This document shows, in pieces, positions 46,475 through 55,792 of a stretch of 64,000 nt of DNA (positions are counted from its first letter, which is position 1; each line of letters opens with the position of its first letter). Under the pieces are notes generated by a model. It searched no databases, was not told the origin of the DNA, and was given only the letters and a program-made list of their open reading frames with translations. The position numbers and the translations under genes are program-made. This stretch comes from an uncultured Anaerolineales bacterium (GTDB taxonomy: Bacteria; Chloroflexota; Anaerolineae; Epilineales; JAANWY01). Location of the stretch: NCBI GenBank assembly GCA_964532665.1, contig CAZHMV010000002.1:84679-148678 (forward strand), read 5' to 3'.

Positions 46475-47146
46475 TCAGTCGTCCTGAATGATGCTGCCAT
46501 CCGCCTGCCGGCGGTACAGCCGGCGCTTGAGGAATACCTCCGCCGCACGCTCGGCGGCCGCCTGCGATTGCCGGTCGCCGGCTATTCGAGCATGCAACGC
46601 CAGGGCACGCAGCGGAATCAGGCTCTCCATGAAGGATGAGTTGACGGCCTCGGGCCGCTTGTCGCAATTCCAACCCCCGTCCGGCCATTGCCACTGGCGC
46701 AAGCGGGCGGCCAACTCGTCGGTTCGCTCGTCGGCCAAGCCGAGAGTGAGCAGATAATAGAGGGCGTTCCCTTCCTGCGAGGCACACCGACGCACCCGTC
46801 CGGCGATCGTCTTGATTCGTCTCTGGTGGCTCTGGCCGAAGAGCCACTTGTAGACCCGCTCTCGCAGGGGAATCAGGGACTCGTCGCCAGGCGGGTAGCC
46901 GATGTCCGCCAGATCGGCCAGGACCCAATTCGCGCCGATCCATTTGGTGTAGGGATGGGGGGGCAGGTTGCCGGCCTCGTCCCGCTCCAAGAGTAACCGT
47001 CGCACCCGTGGCGACGACCTGATCTGCTCCGGCAACTGGCGGACTTCCGCCGACTGCGGATCTCTGCCCAGAACATGGACCAGGACCTTGTACCTCACTG
47101 ACGGCTCATCAGATGCAAGCAACGTCTCAATGATGGTAGTCATCAT
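46475..47146 (-). pseudogene. C-terminally truncated prenyltransferase/squalene-cyclase-fold (alpha/alpha toroid) protein
   Basis: Homologous to 50152-51117 and 51231-52241 (LL..D.PSVRY, QWPDGGWNC) but stops at 223 aa, lacking the shared C-terminal YW.YD/DPR region. Confidence 0.65.
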
Positions 47147-47149
47147 GTC

Positions 47150-47360
47150 ACCTCCCCTCCATCAACCAACGCAGACACCCGAACGCGACGACGTACGTGA
47201 GCAGACTCCAGCCCGCGTGGTGGAGCAGAGCAAAGCCGCCACGCTCATCGCGCACCTGCACAATCTGGCGCACAAGTTCAGCATTGACGCCTGGCACGGT
47301 GCGCAGATCAATGACCGTCGCCGCGTTCAGGTTGAAGTGATAGGGCCTGGGCAGACTCCG
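47150..47360 (-). pseudogene. Helix-hairpin-helix (ComEA-like) remnant
   Basis: FNLNAATVIDLRTVPGVNAELVRQIVQVRDERGGF, overlapping the end of the neighbouring gene with no proper start. Confidence 0.55.
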
Positions 47361-48183
47361 GAGACGTCGAACACCGCTCTTTCTCGAGTGACCCCCACAG
47401 CACTGTTCCAAGGCCCAGCAGCGCGAACGTTCCCATGCCGAAGAAACCGGCCACCGCCGGCCCGGCCCACCCCATCTCCAACGCAATGGCCACGTTGCCG
47501 AGCCAGGTGACGGCGTAGGCCCACAGGGGCAGGTTCCGGAAGCGTTGGCTGCTGTTGCCCCAGGGTTGTGGTGCGCGCCGGCCCACGATCAGCCGATACA
47601 GCAGATAGATACAGAAGGTCGTGACCAGCCAGCCGGCGTAGTTGCGGACCGGAATGCCGAAGTAGGCACCTTCCACCTCCCACACCCAGTGGTCGCCGGC
47701 CACCATGATGGGATCCATCACCAGGTCCCAGGCTGTCATCGCCAGGGCGCTCAGGCTGGCCAGCCACACGGTCCGGCTCAAGCCCGATCCACGATGGCCC
47801 GCTGCCAGTCGCTCCACCAGCACGTGGGAGGGGTAGATCATCATGAACCAGGCGATGGGGATCAGCAGTGGCACCAGCCCGAACACCTTGACTCCCAGCC
47901 GATCGGTGTAGTGGTAGGGGCCGTACACCCAACCGGTGAGCACACCGACGCTCTCGAACAGCAGGCTGACAGCGAAGGCGAGACCGAGAAAGAGGAGCGC
48001 CTGCCGGCCACCCAGGCTCCACACCGCATGGCCCACGGAGAATCCAAACAGGATCAACGTGGACAGGATGAGCAAGATGGGGACGAAGGGAAGTCCCAGC
48101 AGCGGACGAATCACAAAGTAGGCCATCAACAGAGCGTAGAGTGCCCACAATGCTGTTACTGTGAGTTGCCAGTAACGTCTCAT
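47308..48183 (-). CDS. Carotenoid biosynthesis membrane protein (CruF/DUF422-like)
   Basis: FESVGVLTGWVYGPYHYTDRLG, VPLLIPIAWF, AWDLVMDP, YFGIPVRNYAGW. Start at ATG 48183. Confidence 0.8.
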   Translation of the reverse strand: MRRYWQLTVTALWALYALLMAYFVIRPLLGLPFVPILLILSTLILFGFSVGHAVWSLGGRQALLFLGLAFAVSLLFESVGVLTGWVYGPYHYTDRLGVKVFGLVPLLIPIAWFMMIYPSHVLVERLAAGHRGSGLSRTVWLASLSALAMTAWDLVMDPIMVAGDHWVWEVEGAYFGIPVRNYAGWLVTTFCIYLLYRLIVGRRAPQPWGNSSQRFRNLPLWAYAVTWLGNVAIALEMGWAGPAVAGFFGMGTFALLGLGTVLWGSLEKERCSTSPESAQALSLQPERGDGH

Positions 48184-48263
48184 TGTACCCCCTGAGAGTA
48201 TGTCCGAAAAGCTCACTCCTGGCGTCGTAGTAACGACTGAAGTCGTCACTACGAACAGATGCC

Positions 48264-49223
48264 TCAGGCCGGGGACTCTCGCCGGCGCAGTCGGTCCACA
48301 CCCAGCCCAACGGCGATCAGAGCGATGCCGGTGATCAGCAACACCGCCGGCAGCCCAAGCCGGTCACTGAAGTACTCGAAGTTGATGTCGGCGATATACA
48401 CCAGCAAGAACAAAGCGCCGCTATACAGCAGGACCCGCGACTGCCGAACCACGCTCCAGGCGATGATGGCCAGACTCTCGATGAGCAGCAGCGTCTCCCA
48501 AGCCGGCAGCTTATCCTGCAGGCCGATGACCAGGGCAAAAAACAGCCAGGCCCAGGCGCCGGCCAGATTGAAGAGCCAGACCAGGTTGCCCTCATCGTGC
48601 CGGCGAGCCACCTCAGCAGCGGCTAACCCGACGGCTCCCGCGACTGCCCAGGGTGAATAGAGTGCCCACCGGGCGTCGGGAGCCCACGTCTCGCCGACCA
48701 GGTTGCTTATGCTCATGGCGATGGTTGTGACCAGGGTCACAGCCGCCAGCCCCTGGGGCAATCCCGGCAAAACCAGCAGCACGATGATTGCCAGCGGCAA
48801 TGCACCAGCGCCGGCCCACAGCGCCAACCACGCGTCTCCCAGGTCGAGCCCGGGCCATTCGTTAAGGATCACCGCGATCAGGATGGCTGTAAGCCAGGCG
48901 GCCACCATCCAACAGACCTTGGCACCACGAATTAGCGACGCTCCACCACGGCGGCGCAGCAGTTCTCCTGCACCCCACAGGATTGCGGTGGGTACCGCCA
49001 CGACCATGACCCGGCTCAGGGAACCCAGGTCGTCCCACAACACCTGGAGGCCGAAGCCCACGGCCATCAGCACGAAGAAGCCACCTACGTAGACGAAAAC
49101 CTCTCGCAGGGCCACGCGGCGAGCTTCAGCCAGCGATTCAAAGCCGGCGATGGACTCGGCCTGGTCAGCCGTGATGAGGCCGGCCTCCTGCCAGTTTTCC
49201 AGTCGTTCCTTCAGATCGGTCAT
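48264..49223 (-). CDS. DUF2157-family membrane protein
   Basis: LENWQEAGLITADQAESI N-terminus followed by many TM helices. Confidence 0.75.
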   Translation of the reverse strand: MTDLKERLENWQEAGLITADQAESIAGFESLAEARRVALREVFVYVGGFFVLMAVGFGLQVLWDDLGSLSRVMVVAVPTAILWGAGELLRRRGGASLIRGAKVCWMVAAWLTAILIAVILNEWPGLDLGDAWLALWAGAGALPLAIIVLLVLPGLPQGLAAVTLVTTIAMSISNLVGETWAPDARWALYSPWAVAGAVGLAAAEVARRHDEGNLVWLFNLAGAWAWLFFALVIGLQDKLPAWETLLLIESLAIIAWSVVRQSRVLLYSGALFLLVYIADINFEYFSDRLGLPAVLLITGIALIAVGLGVDRLRRRESPA

Positions 49224-49379
49224 TGCCTCAACCTCCTTCCACTATACATTCACAATACATTTATACATTCTATCACACGCAGGTCAAGGCTCGGTTACCG
49301 CCCGGTCCAAACGCAGTCCACGACATTCGGGGGAACTTCAACAGACGGCAGAAGAGCCTGGGTAGGTGGTGAAGGTCAA

Positions 49380-49979
49380 TCATTGGGTATCGACGGGTGT
49401 CTCACGCTTTCCGCGCCGCAGCACCCAAAGGAGCACAAGGGTCGCGCCCCCGGCCACGGGCCACACCCACGCCAGATCGCCTGGGCCATAAGGGCCACTC
49501 ACTGTGTGGTCCAGCTGAATACGCACCAATGGCCGGTCAGCCAGCTTCTCTCTCAGAGCCTCATCCGAGATAGTGTGGGGATTGATGCCCTCGAAGGTTT
49601 CGGCGGCAAACCCGCTGTTGATCAGTATCTGGCGCGCCATGGTCAGATACTCATCCGGATCGGTCACTTCCTCAGCGTGGCCGGCCCACCAGCCATCGGG
49701 AAGCCACACCTCGACCTCCGGGTTCGCCTGGAGATTGCGGTACCAGTCAGACGCCTTGCCGAAGCCGGCCATGCAGTACACATCGCCGTTCGCCTGGGCG
49801 TAGTTGACCGGTGTGCGCCGTTTCAGGCCCGACCGACGTCCAGTGGTGATGAGCACCATGATTCGGCCCGTCGTTTCAGGGTTCATGTTGATCCACGGGC
49901 CAAGGCCCAGGCGCCACATCAGGAGCATGAGTTTGTTGAACTGCTTGAAAGCCGATCGGGTTGCATCTGTGTAGGTCAT
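49380..49979 (-). CDS. F420-dependent (deazaflavin) nitroreductase-family oxidoreductase
   Basis: VLITTGRRSGLKRRTPV, SDWYRNLQANPEVEV. Start at ATG 49979. Confidence 0.85.
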   Translation of the reverse strand: MTYTDATRSAFKQFNKLMLLMWRLGLGPWINMNPETTGRIMVLITTGRRSGLKRRTPVNYAQANGDVYCMAGFGKASDWYRNLQANPEVEVWLPDGWWAGHAEEVTDPDEYLTMARQILINSGFAAETFEGINPHTISDEALREKLADRPLVRIQLDHTVSGPYGPGDLAWVWPVAGGATLVLLWVLRRGKRETPVDTQ

Positions 49980-49992
49980 CAGACTACTCCAT

Positions 49993-50124
49993 TTACGTCG
50001 CTCTCTCGATTGGGTGCCGCAGGATGGTCTTGAGGTTCTCTGGCCTGGCCCGGCGCGGGTCACCCAGGTAGATCTCGTGATGTTTTCCACGCAGGCGATA
50101 GCCGCTCTCACGAGCGAACTCCAT
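49993..50124 (-). pseudogene. C-terminal remnant of a GyrI-like small-molecule-binding protein
   Basis: Not in the track: MEFARESGYRLRGKHHEIYLGDPRRARPENLKTILRHPIERAT (43 aa). Confidence 0.65.
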
Positions 50125-50151
50125 CTCCCCAAATAGCGGGAACTCGCGTGT

Positions 50152-51117
50152 TCATCTTGTCATCCTCAACATCCGTTGAGCCAGCAAGGTCAACCAGGCT
50201 GAGGGAGCTTTCTTCTGCCCGAAGTCCCACCCTTTCCACGCCCGCCACACCGACTCCGCCTTGAAGCGCCCCTCCTCATCGGCCTTGGCCGTCACGATTT
50301 CGACCATCTCTTGCAGCCGGGCGTCTTCCGCCAGCCATGGGAACTGCGTAAGCACATCCGTCACATGCAGGATGTCGTACCAGATGAGAGGGGCTCTGAG
50401 GTTCGCGAAATGGGTGCCCATGGCGAACAGGTATGGCCGGCGTTCCCGCCGCTGTGTCCACAGGCTCAGCAGCGTCTCGGCCCCGGTGCGGCAGGCGTCG
50501 CCATCGCGCAGTGCCGGCACCCGGGACAGGGCTTTGAGGGCGACCAGGTTGGCGTAGGGGCAGGGATCGGATTTGCGCCCCGGCCCCCGAAACTTCCCCA
50601 GGTCGGGGGTGACGGCGCAGGGCCAGCCGTTGTCGCGGATCAGGCCCACCAGGTGTTGCAGGGCAATCTGGACACGGGGCTCTGCTTCCAGGCCGAATTT
50701 GAGCAGGACGTAGAGGACCAGCGGAGCATCGCACAGCATCCAGGCCCGCTGATCCTCCCCTGTACCTCCGTAACGCGGGGCGATGTTAACCCGGACCTGG
50801 AAAGCGCCCTCTGGCGACTGGTGGGCCAGAATACGTTCGATGATTGGGTCCACACCAGGATCGCCGGCCCGCAGACCAAGGTCGGCGACGAACGTCAGTT
50901 TGTGCAAAGGGTGGGTTGCGTCGTTATGACGCTTGAGTGGGGGGCCGGGCCAGCCGGCTAACTCCCCCAGCAATCCCTGCACCTGGGGATGGGCGACCAG
51001 CGCATGCCGGGCAGCCAGCACTTCCGGATCGTCTTCTGGCTGGCCCAGCAGGTCTACCCGGGTGCGGTACTGCACCCAGGGCGGGCCTTCCAGCAACCAC
51101 GCTGTCAATTCGTTCAT
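50152..51117 (-). CDS. Prenyltransferase/squalene-cyclase-fold protein of unknown function
   Basis: WLLEGPPWVQY, QSPEGAF, NGWPC, IWYDIL, PSAWLTLLAQRML. No DxDD motif. Confidence 0.7.
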   Translation of the reverse strand: MNELTAWLLEGPPWVQYRTRVDLLGQPEDDPEVLAARHALVAHPQVQGLLGELAGWPGPPLKRHNDATHPLHKLTFVADLGLRAGDPGVDPIIERILAHQSPEGAFQVRVNIAPRYGGTGEDQRAWMLCDAPLVLYVLLKFGLEAEPRVQIALQHLVGLIRDNGWPCAVTPDLGKFRGPGRKSDPCPYANLVALKALSRVPALRDGDACRTGAETLLSLWTQRRERRPYLFAMGTHFANLRAPLIWYDILHVTDVLTQFPWLAEDARLQEMVEIVTAKADEEGRFKAESVWRAWKGWDFGQKKAPSAWLTLLAQRMLRMTR

Positions 51118-51136
51118 GGGTATTCTCCCACAACAT

Positions 51137-51226
51137 GTTCGTAGTCAGGCACGCAACGAAGTGGAGTGCCGTACCAACGCCACTCCGCGTCGCTGCGTGG
51201 CTCACTACGAACGGCTCACTACAAAC
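51137..51226. repeat. GTTCGTAG-ended REP-like hairpin
   Basis: gttcgtagt (51137) ... actacgaac (51212) with inner pairings cacgcaacga/tcgctgcgtg, plus an extra partial end copy. Confidence 0.55.
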
Positions 51227-51230
51227 AGCG

Positions 51231-52241
51231 TCAGGTGGTAGCCACTCTTACGCGCTTCAGGACGCGCAGCGCGCGCAGGGTGATCCACTTGCTCGGTTTC
51301 TCCTTCTCCTCGATGTCGGCCCACATCTTGCCGTTGAGCGAGTTCTCAAGCTTCCAACGGCCTCGGTCATCCTGTTTGCTCAGGATGAATTGGAGCGCAT
51401 TGGCCAGTCGGGGGTCGCCGCCATAGCCCGCCTCCACCAGCACTGCTGTGGTCTCCAGCACGTCGCTCCAGTAGCTCAGCGGGAAGCCGAACTTGAACCA
51501 GGTGGAACTCACCCGCGTGGTGTAGGGGTAGTCGGCCACGGCCGGGTCGCGGCTGAACAGGAAGTCGGCGCCGGCCTGGATGGCCCGCTCAATGACCGGG
51601 GTGCGTCGATCCGGCGGCACCGCCAGCAGTGCCCGCATGGCTTTGTTGGCACCCCAGCCACACGACTGGCTCTCGTTGACGCTGCAAGCGAAAGCCGGCC
51701 CGCACGTGCCCGACTTGAGATACTTGAAGTCGCCCTCGCCGGTGATGGCCCGCGCCTGCCAGTCCAGCGCCCCTTGCACACGCTCGTCATCACCGAAGCC
51801 CAGGCGCTGCAAGGCGTACAACAGATTGCCGTTCAGGCAGTGAATGGCACCGCTATTCACCGGCTTCTGATAAGCTGAGAATGCCCCGTTGGGCGCGATG
51901 CTGTGGCTCAAGACGTACTCACAGCCCCGCTGCACTCGCTCGTCGGCCGGGTCGGCGCCCAACTCAGCCAGGAAGATGATCTGCCAGACAGTACCGCGAT
52001 ACTTGGGCGAGTAACCACTGCCCGGCTTGACCCAACAGCCGTCGGGTTCCTGGGCATCGAGGATGGCCAGCACCGGGCCGCTGGTCATGACAGCGTGCTT
52101 TGCCTCGCCCACCTCCGGATCATCTGCCGGCCGATCCAACAGATCCACAAGCGCGAAGTAGCGGGCGCCAGGGTTGTCGGGGTCAGGCTCCAACAGCCAG
52201 GGAAGGGGGTCACCGTTCAACGTGGGATGCCAATCGGACAT
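51231..52241 (-). CDS. Prenyltransferase/squalene-cyclase-fold protein of unknown function
   Basis: LPWLLEPDPDNPGARY, QEPDGCW, YWSDVLE, GDPRLANAL, QDDRGRW, PSKWITLRALRVL. Confidence 0.72.
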   Translation of the reverse strand: MSDWHPTLNGDPLPWLLEPDPDNPGARYFALVDLLDRPADDPEVGEAKHAVMTSGPVLAILDAQEPDGCWVKPGSGYSPKYRGTVWQIIFLAELGADPADERVQRGCEYVLSHSIAPNGAFSAYQKPVNSGAIHCLNGNLLYALQRLGFGDDERVQGALDWQARAITGEGDFKYLKSGTCGPAFACSVNESQSCGWGANKAMRALLAVPPDRRTPVIERAIQAGADFLFSRDPAVADYPYTTRVSSTWFKFGFPLSYWSDVLETTAVLVEAGYGGDPRLANALQFILSKQDDRGRWKLENSLNGKMWADIEEKEKPSKWITLRALRVLKRVRVATT

Positions 52242-52355
52242 CTCGTCACTCACCTCCGCGAGTGTAGCTATGCTTTGCCTTGGGAGTTGGCCTTCGGCAG
52301 ATCGGAGAGGGCAGCCTCATGCCAGGAGCCGGCGAGGAAGACCTAACCGCGCCTG

Positions 52356-53570
52356 CTACCCACCTTGTGCAACCTCAGCCGCCGCTCGTATCTGGCCAAT
52401 GTGCTCCCGCGTGTGGTCGAACATCTCCAACGCCATCTCAGCAATGCGTCGATAGCGCGCTTTGCGGGCCACAATATCGGGCCTCAGCGACCGGATGAAA
52501 GCCAGGCTCTCTGCCTGATCCTGTTGGAAGCGCTCCAGCAGCGCTGGCACGGCTGGGGCGGCCGCCAGCGTCATGGCCAGCTTCTCGGGCACCGTACTCG
52601 GGTTACCCGTCATTTCGCTGGCCCACTCGCCCAGGATGATCTGGCCGTACCAGTAGAGGATGTCCCGCTCTGTGACGGACAGATGGGCCAGGGTCTGCTT
52701 GACTGACCACTCGCCTGGGGCCGGCTCTCGCCCGGCCAGATCCTCCGTCAGCCCGGCCACAGCCTCCGCCAGTTCACCGTTGACCTTCGCCTGCTCCGCC
52801 TCGACTCGGGCCACCAGTGCATCCAGGTCCTCGGGAACCTCCGGCCTGGGCCTGGAGCCGAGTTCCACAGTGGTCGCCATGCGCTCCTGCCCACGCACGA
52901 AGGTCATTTCTACACCGTCACCGGCGCGGTAGGCGCGCAAGCCAGCCACCAGGCTGTCGAAGTCCCGCACCTCGACGTCCTCAATGGCCACGATGACATC
53001 ACCCTTCTGAAGGCCGGCTGCCTGGGCACCGGCCCCTTCGATCACATTCGTCAGGTAGACGCCGGCCTCCGCCGCGATGCCTTCCCTGGCGGCTCGTTGC
53101 GCGTCCAGCGGCTCAAGACCGACGCCCAGGAATGGCTGTCGAGCCAGACGGAGATCGATCCCCGTTTCCAGGAGCGAAGCCAGGTTCTCCAGGCTCATGG
53201 ACCAGCCCTTCTCGGCCTCGGCCAGGGGTTTCTCCCACTCCGGTTCCGGTCCGAAGCCGCTGTGGGTGACACGCACCAGCGTACCACCCTCGGCCGGGAT
53301 CAGGTCAAACCAAACCCGGGTCTCGCCCGGCTCGTCCGTTCCCCGCCAGGAGAAGCCCACTCCATCGGGTCTCAGTTCAGTGAAGTGTCCCCGCGCCTCG
53401 TACCCGCTGCGCCAACGCGCCTCAAAGCGGCCACCAGGCCGTGGGGCGGTGCGCGCGTAATCGCACAGCCATCCCGCCAGGTCACCGGCCACGGTCAATG
53501 CCTCATAGACGTGCTCGGTCGGTGCTTTGATGAATTGCTCTTGCTGGATAGAGCGTTCGTTGCTACTCAT
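52356..53570 (-). CDS. SRPBCC(AHSA1)-PDZ-DinB fusion protein
   Basis: N-terminal AHSA1-like domain (APTEHVYEALT...TLVRVTHSGF), PDZ (FLGVGL...GAQAAGLQKGDVIVAI), DinB (GEWSVKQTLAHL...FDHTREHIGQI). Confidence 0.8.
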   Translation of the reverse strand: MSSNERSIQQEQFIKAPTEHVYEALTVAGDLAGWLCDYARTAPRPGGRFEARWRSGYEARGHFTELRPDGVGFSWRGTDEPGETRVWFDLIPAEGGTLVRVTHSGFGPEPEWEKPLAEAEKGWSMSLENLASLLETGIDLRLARQPFLGVGLEPLDAQRAAREGIAAEAGVYLTNVIEGAGAQAAGLQKGDVIVAIEDVEVRDFDSLVAGLRAYRAGDGVEMTFVRGQERMATTVELGSRPRPEVPEDLDALVARVEAEQAKVNGELAEAVAGLTEDLAGREPAPGEWSVKQTLAHLSVTERDILYWYGQIILGEWASEMTGNPSTVPEKLAMTLAAAPAVPALLERFQQDQAESLAFIRSLRPDIVARKARYRRIAEMALEMFDHTREHIGQIRAAAEVAQGG

Positions 53571-53692
53571 GTTCCTCCTCCCTTCGTTCTCCTCTCGAAA
53601 AGAGCTCCCTATGTTGGGCGAGAGCCTGCCCTTAGCCCTTCGACAAGTGATGCTCTCTGCAATGTGCACAGATATCTCTCGAATGGAATGAC

Positions 53693-54394
53693 CTAAGAGA
53701 GCCGTACGAGTATCTGCTGGATTTGCTCGAAGACGTCGTCCAGCATGGCCTGGGTCAGCCGGCCCGTCTGGGTGTTCTGCCGGCTGGGATGGTAGGAGAC
53801 AACCAGCGTCGGCAAAGGCGGCTCGAACTCGTAGCACGCCCCGTGGCGGAAGGCCAGGCGCGGCACGTCCACGCCCTGATCTCGCAACAGCGCCAGATAG
53901 CCGTCAAATGCGATGCGTCCCAGGGCCAGCACCACCCGCACGGATGACAATAGCTCCAGTTCCCGCGCCAGAAAGCGCCGGCAGTTGAGCTGCTCCTGCC
54001 GGGTTGGCCGGTTCTTGGGCGGAGCACAGCGCGCCACAGCGGTGATGAAAGCGCCGTGCAGTTGCAGACCATCATCTCGATGCTCCGATGTGGTCTGGTT
54101 GGCGAAGCCGGCACGATGCAGAGCCGCCGTCAACGTGTTGCCGGAGCTATCGCCGGTGAACATGCGCCCGGTGCGGTTGGCACCATGGGCTGCCGGCGCC
54201 AGCCCCACGATCAGCAGTTGCGCGTTCCGGTCGCCGAAGCCCGGCACCGGGCGCCCCCAGTATTCCCAGTCCCGAAAGGCCCGCCGCTTCGTGCGGGCGA
54301 TTTCCTGGCGGTAAGCGACCAGGCGGGAACACGCCTCACAGGTCACGACCTGGCTATTCAGCTCTTTCCACGAGTCCGTCTGCAGTGGGTTCAT
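53693..54394 (-). CDS. Uracil-DNA glycosylase, family 5 (UdgB-like)
   Basis: C..C.RL Fe-S cysteines, GLAPAAHGANRTGRMFTGD, YHPSRQNTQTG. Confidence 0.9.
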   Translation of the reverse strand: MNPLQTDSWKELNSQVVTCEACSRLVAYRQEIARTKRRAFRDWEYWGRPVPGFGDRNAQLLIVGLAPAAHGANRTGRMFTGDSSGNTLTAALHRAGFANQTTSEHRDDGLQLHGAFITAVARCAPPKNRPTRQEQLNCRRFLARELELLSSVRVVLALGRIAFDGYLALLRDQGVDVPRLAFRHGACYEFEPPLPTLVVSYHPSRQNTQTGRLTQAMLDDVFEQIQQILVRLS

Positions 54395-54621
54395 CAGTCT
54401 CCGTTTCGTTCGCGGTGGGCAGGAATCCTGTAGCGGAGGAGAACCGCACCTGGGGGTGCTGACTCCTCAAATTTGGATCTACTGAGCCTCGATGGCGCGA
54501 TCAATCGCCTCGACCTTACCAGCGGGAGCGTGAGTATTTGCGGCCTGTGCGAAGCATAGTACAGATGTTCTGGTCAGTCAAGTCATTCTGTTTCCGGTTT
54601 CCGCCACATCTATTCAACATC

Positions 54622-55707
54622 TCATCGACCAGCCCAGGGCCAAAGGTGCGGCGCGTGCTGGTGCAGGCAACGCAGCAGAGGGCGCAGGTCCGGCTCTCGG
54701 AGGACGATGTCTGCGGCGGCGGCAACCTCTGGCCGGCCGGGATTGACCGCCACGCCGACAGCCGCCCGCTCGAACAGCGGGACGTCGCCGATAGCGTCGC
54801 CTACGGCCAGGCACTGGTCCGGCGCAACATTCAGTCGCGCCTGCAGACCCTCCAATGCCGCGCCTTTTCCGTGCAACGCAACGTGAGCACGCACCCGACC
54901 GCTGACGACCCAACCCGCACCATCGCTCTCGAACAGAATCTCGTTGCCGAAAACCGGCCCAATACCCAACTCATCGGCCACCATTTCGGCTTGGATCAGC
55001 GGGCCACTGCTGATAATGGCCACGTGCACATCACGTGCCTGGAGTGCAGCCACCGTCTCCCTCGCTCCGGGCAGGTAGGGGTTCTCCCGCAACAACTGCT
55101 CAATGACCGCTCGGGGGGTACCGCTAGCCAGATCGACCCGCTGAACGACGGCGTCAGCCTCAGCCGGCGTGCGGCCGCGCTCCACCAGCGTCCACTTGAG
55201 GATAGAGCCACCATCCACGATGGGCAGCGGTGCCAGGCTCCCCGTGAAGATGAAGCCGTGGCCGATGCATGACCAGCCGGCCAATTCGTGGGCCAGCGAG
55301 TCGCGCGGTGCCAGGCCACGCAACAGCAGACTGGACAGCAAGCCCAGTGCGCTGTAGATCGGCCCGCCCAGGGCGCGCATGCGGTGCGCCTGGGGTGGGA
55401 CGTCATTGTCGAAATAGATGGTGCGCGGCATCTCCGGGGAAACGAGGATTTCGTCCATCGGCGCGCCGGCATAGCAAGCGCTGACAATGTGAGCCATGGC
55501 GTGGCCGATGTCGGCGACAACCAGCGTGGCTGTGGATAGTGCACCGACCATGAGGCGGGCCGGCCAGGAACGTTCCGGATGCCGCCGGCCGGCCATCCTC
55601 GACAGTACGCCCCACGATGCCAGAAGGTTGCCTAATACGGCCGGCTTCACCTTGACTGGTGTGTCCAGAACGGTGAACAGGGTCGGTGCTTCCCCGTTGG
55701 TGGCCAT
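54622..55707 (-). CDS. Chimeric ORF: degenerate M50 (site-2 protease-like) domain fused to an N-truncated SerB-like HAD phosphatase
   Basis: GHAMAH and LAPLPIVDGG in the N-terminal half. ISSG, HGKG and VGDAIGD in the C-terminal half, but HAD motif I (DxD) is missing. Confidence 0.65.
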   Translation of the reverse strand: MATNGEAPTLFTVLDTPVKVKPAVLGNLLASWGVLSRMAGRRHPERSWPARLMVGALSTATLVVADIGHAMAHIVSACYAGAPMDEILVSPEMPRTIYFDNDVPPQAHRMRALGGPIYSALGLLSSLLLRGLAPRDSLAHELAGWSCIGHGFIFTGSLAPLPIVDGGSILKWTLVERGRTPAEADAVVQRVDLASGTPRAVIEQLLRENPYLPGARETVAALQARDVHVAIISSGPLIQAEMVADELGIGPVFGNEILFESDGAGWVVSGRVRAHVALHGKGAALEGLQARLNVAPDQCLAVGDAIGDVPLFERAAVGVAVNPGRPEVAAAADIVLREPDLRPLLRCLHQHAPHLWPWAGR

Positions 55708-55792
55708 TTGACTGTACTCCTTGACCCGTGGTAGCCACGAATGAAACCGTGGCCCGCTACCGAAAATACGCTGGGCGCATGTTACGGCGTTG

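Noticed and set aside
46440-46477. Sec readthrough or frameshift rescuing the truncated toroid protein
   Set aside because: After the TGA the frame closes again within four codons, and none of the three frames gives the expected YW.YD/DPR continuation.
50152-52241. Squalene-hopene cyclase or NifH
   Set aside because: The proteins are about half the size of SHC and lack DxDD. They have no P-loop or Fe-S motifs of NifH.
54516-54725. 69-aa ORF or gene remnant inside the left inverted repeat
   Set aside because: No frame gave a recognisable motif, and the ORF overlaps the end of the chimeric gene.
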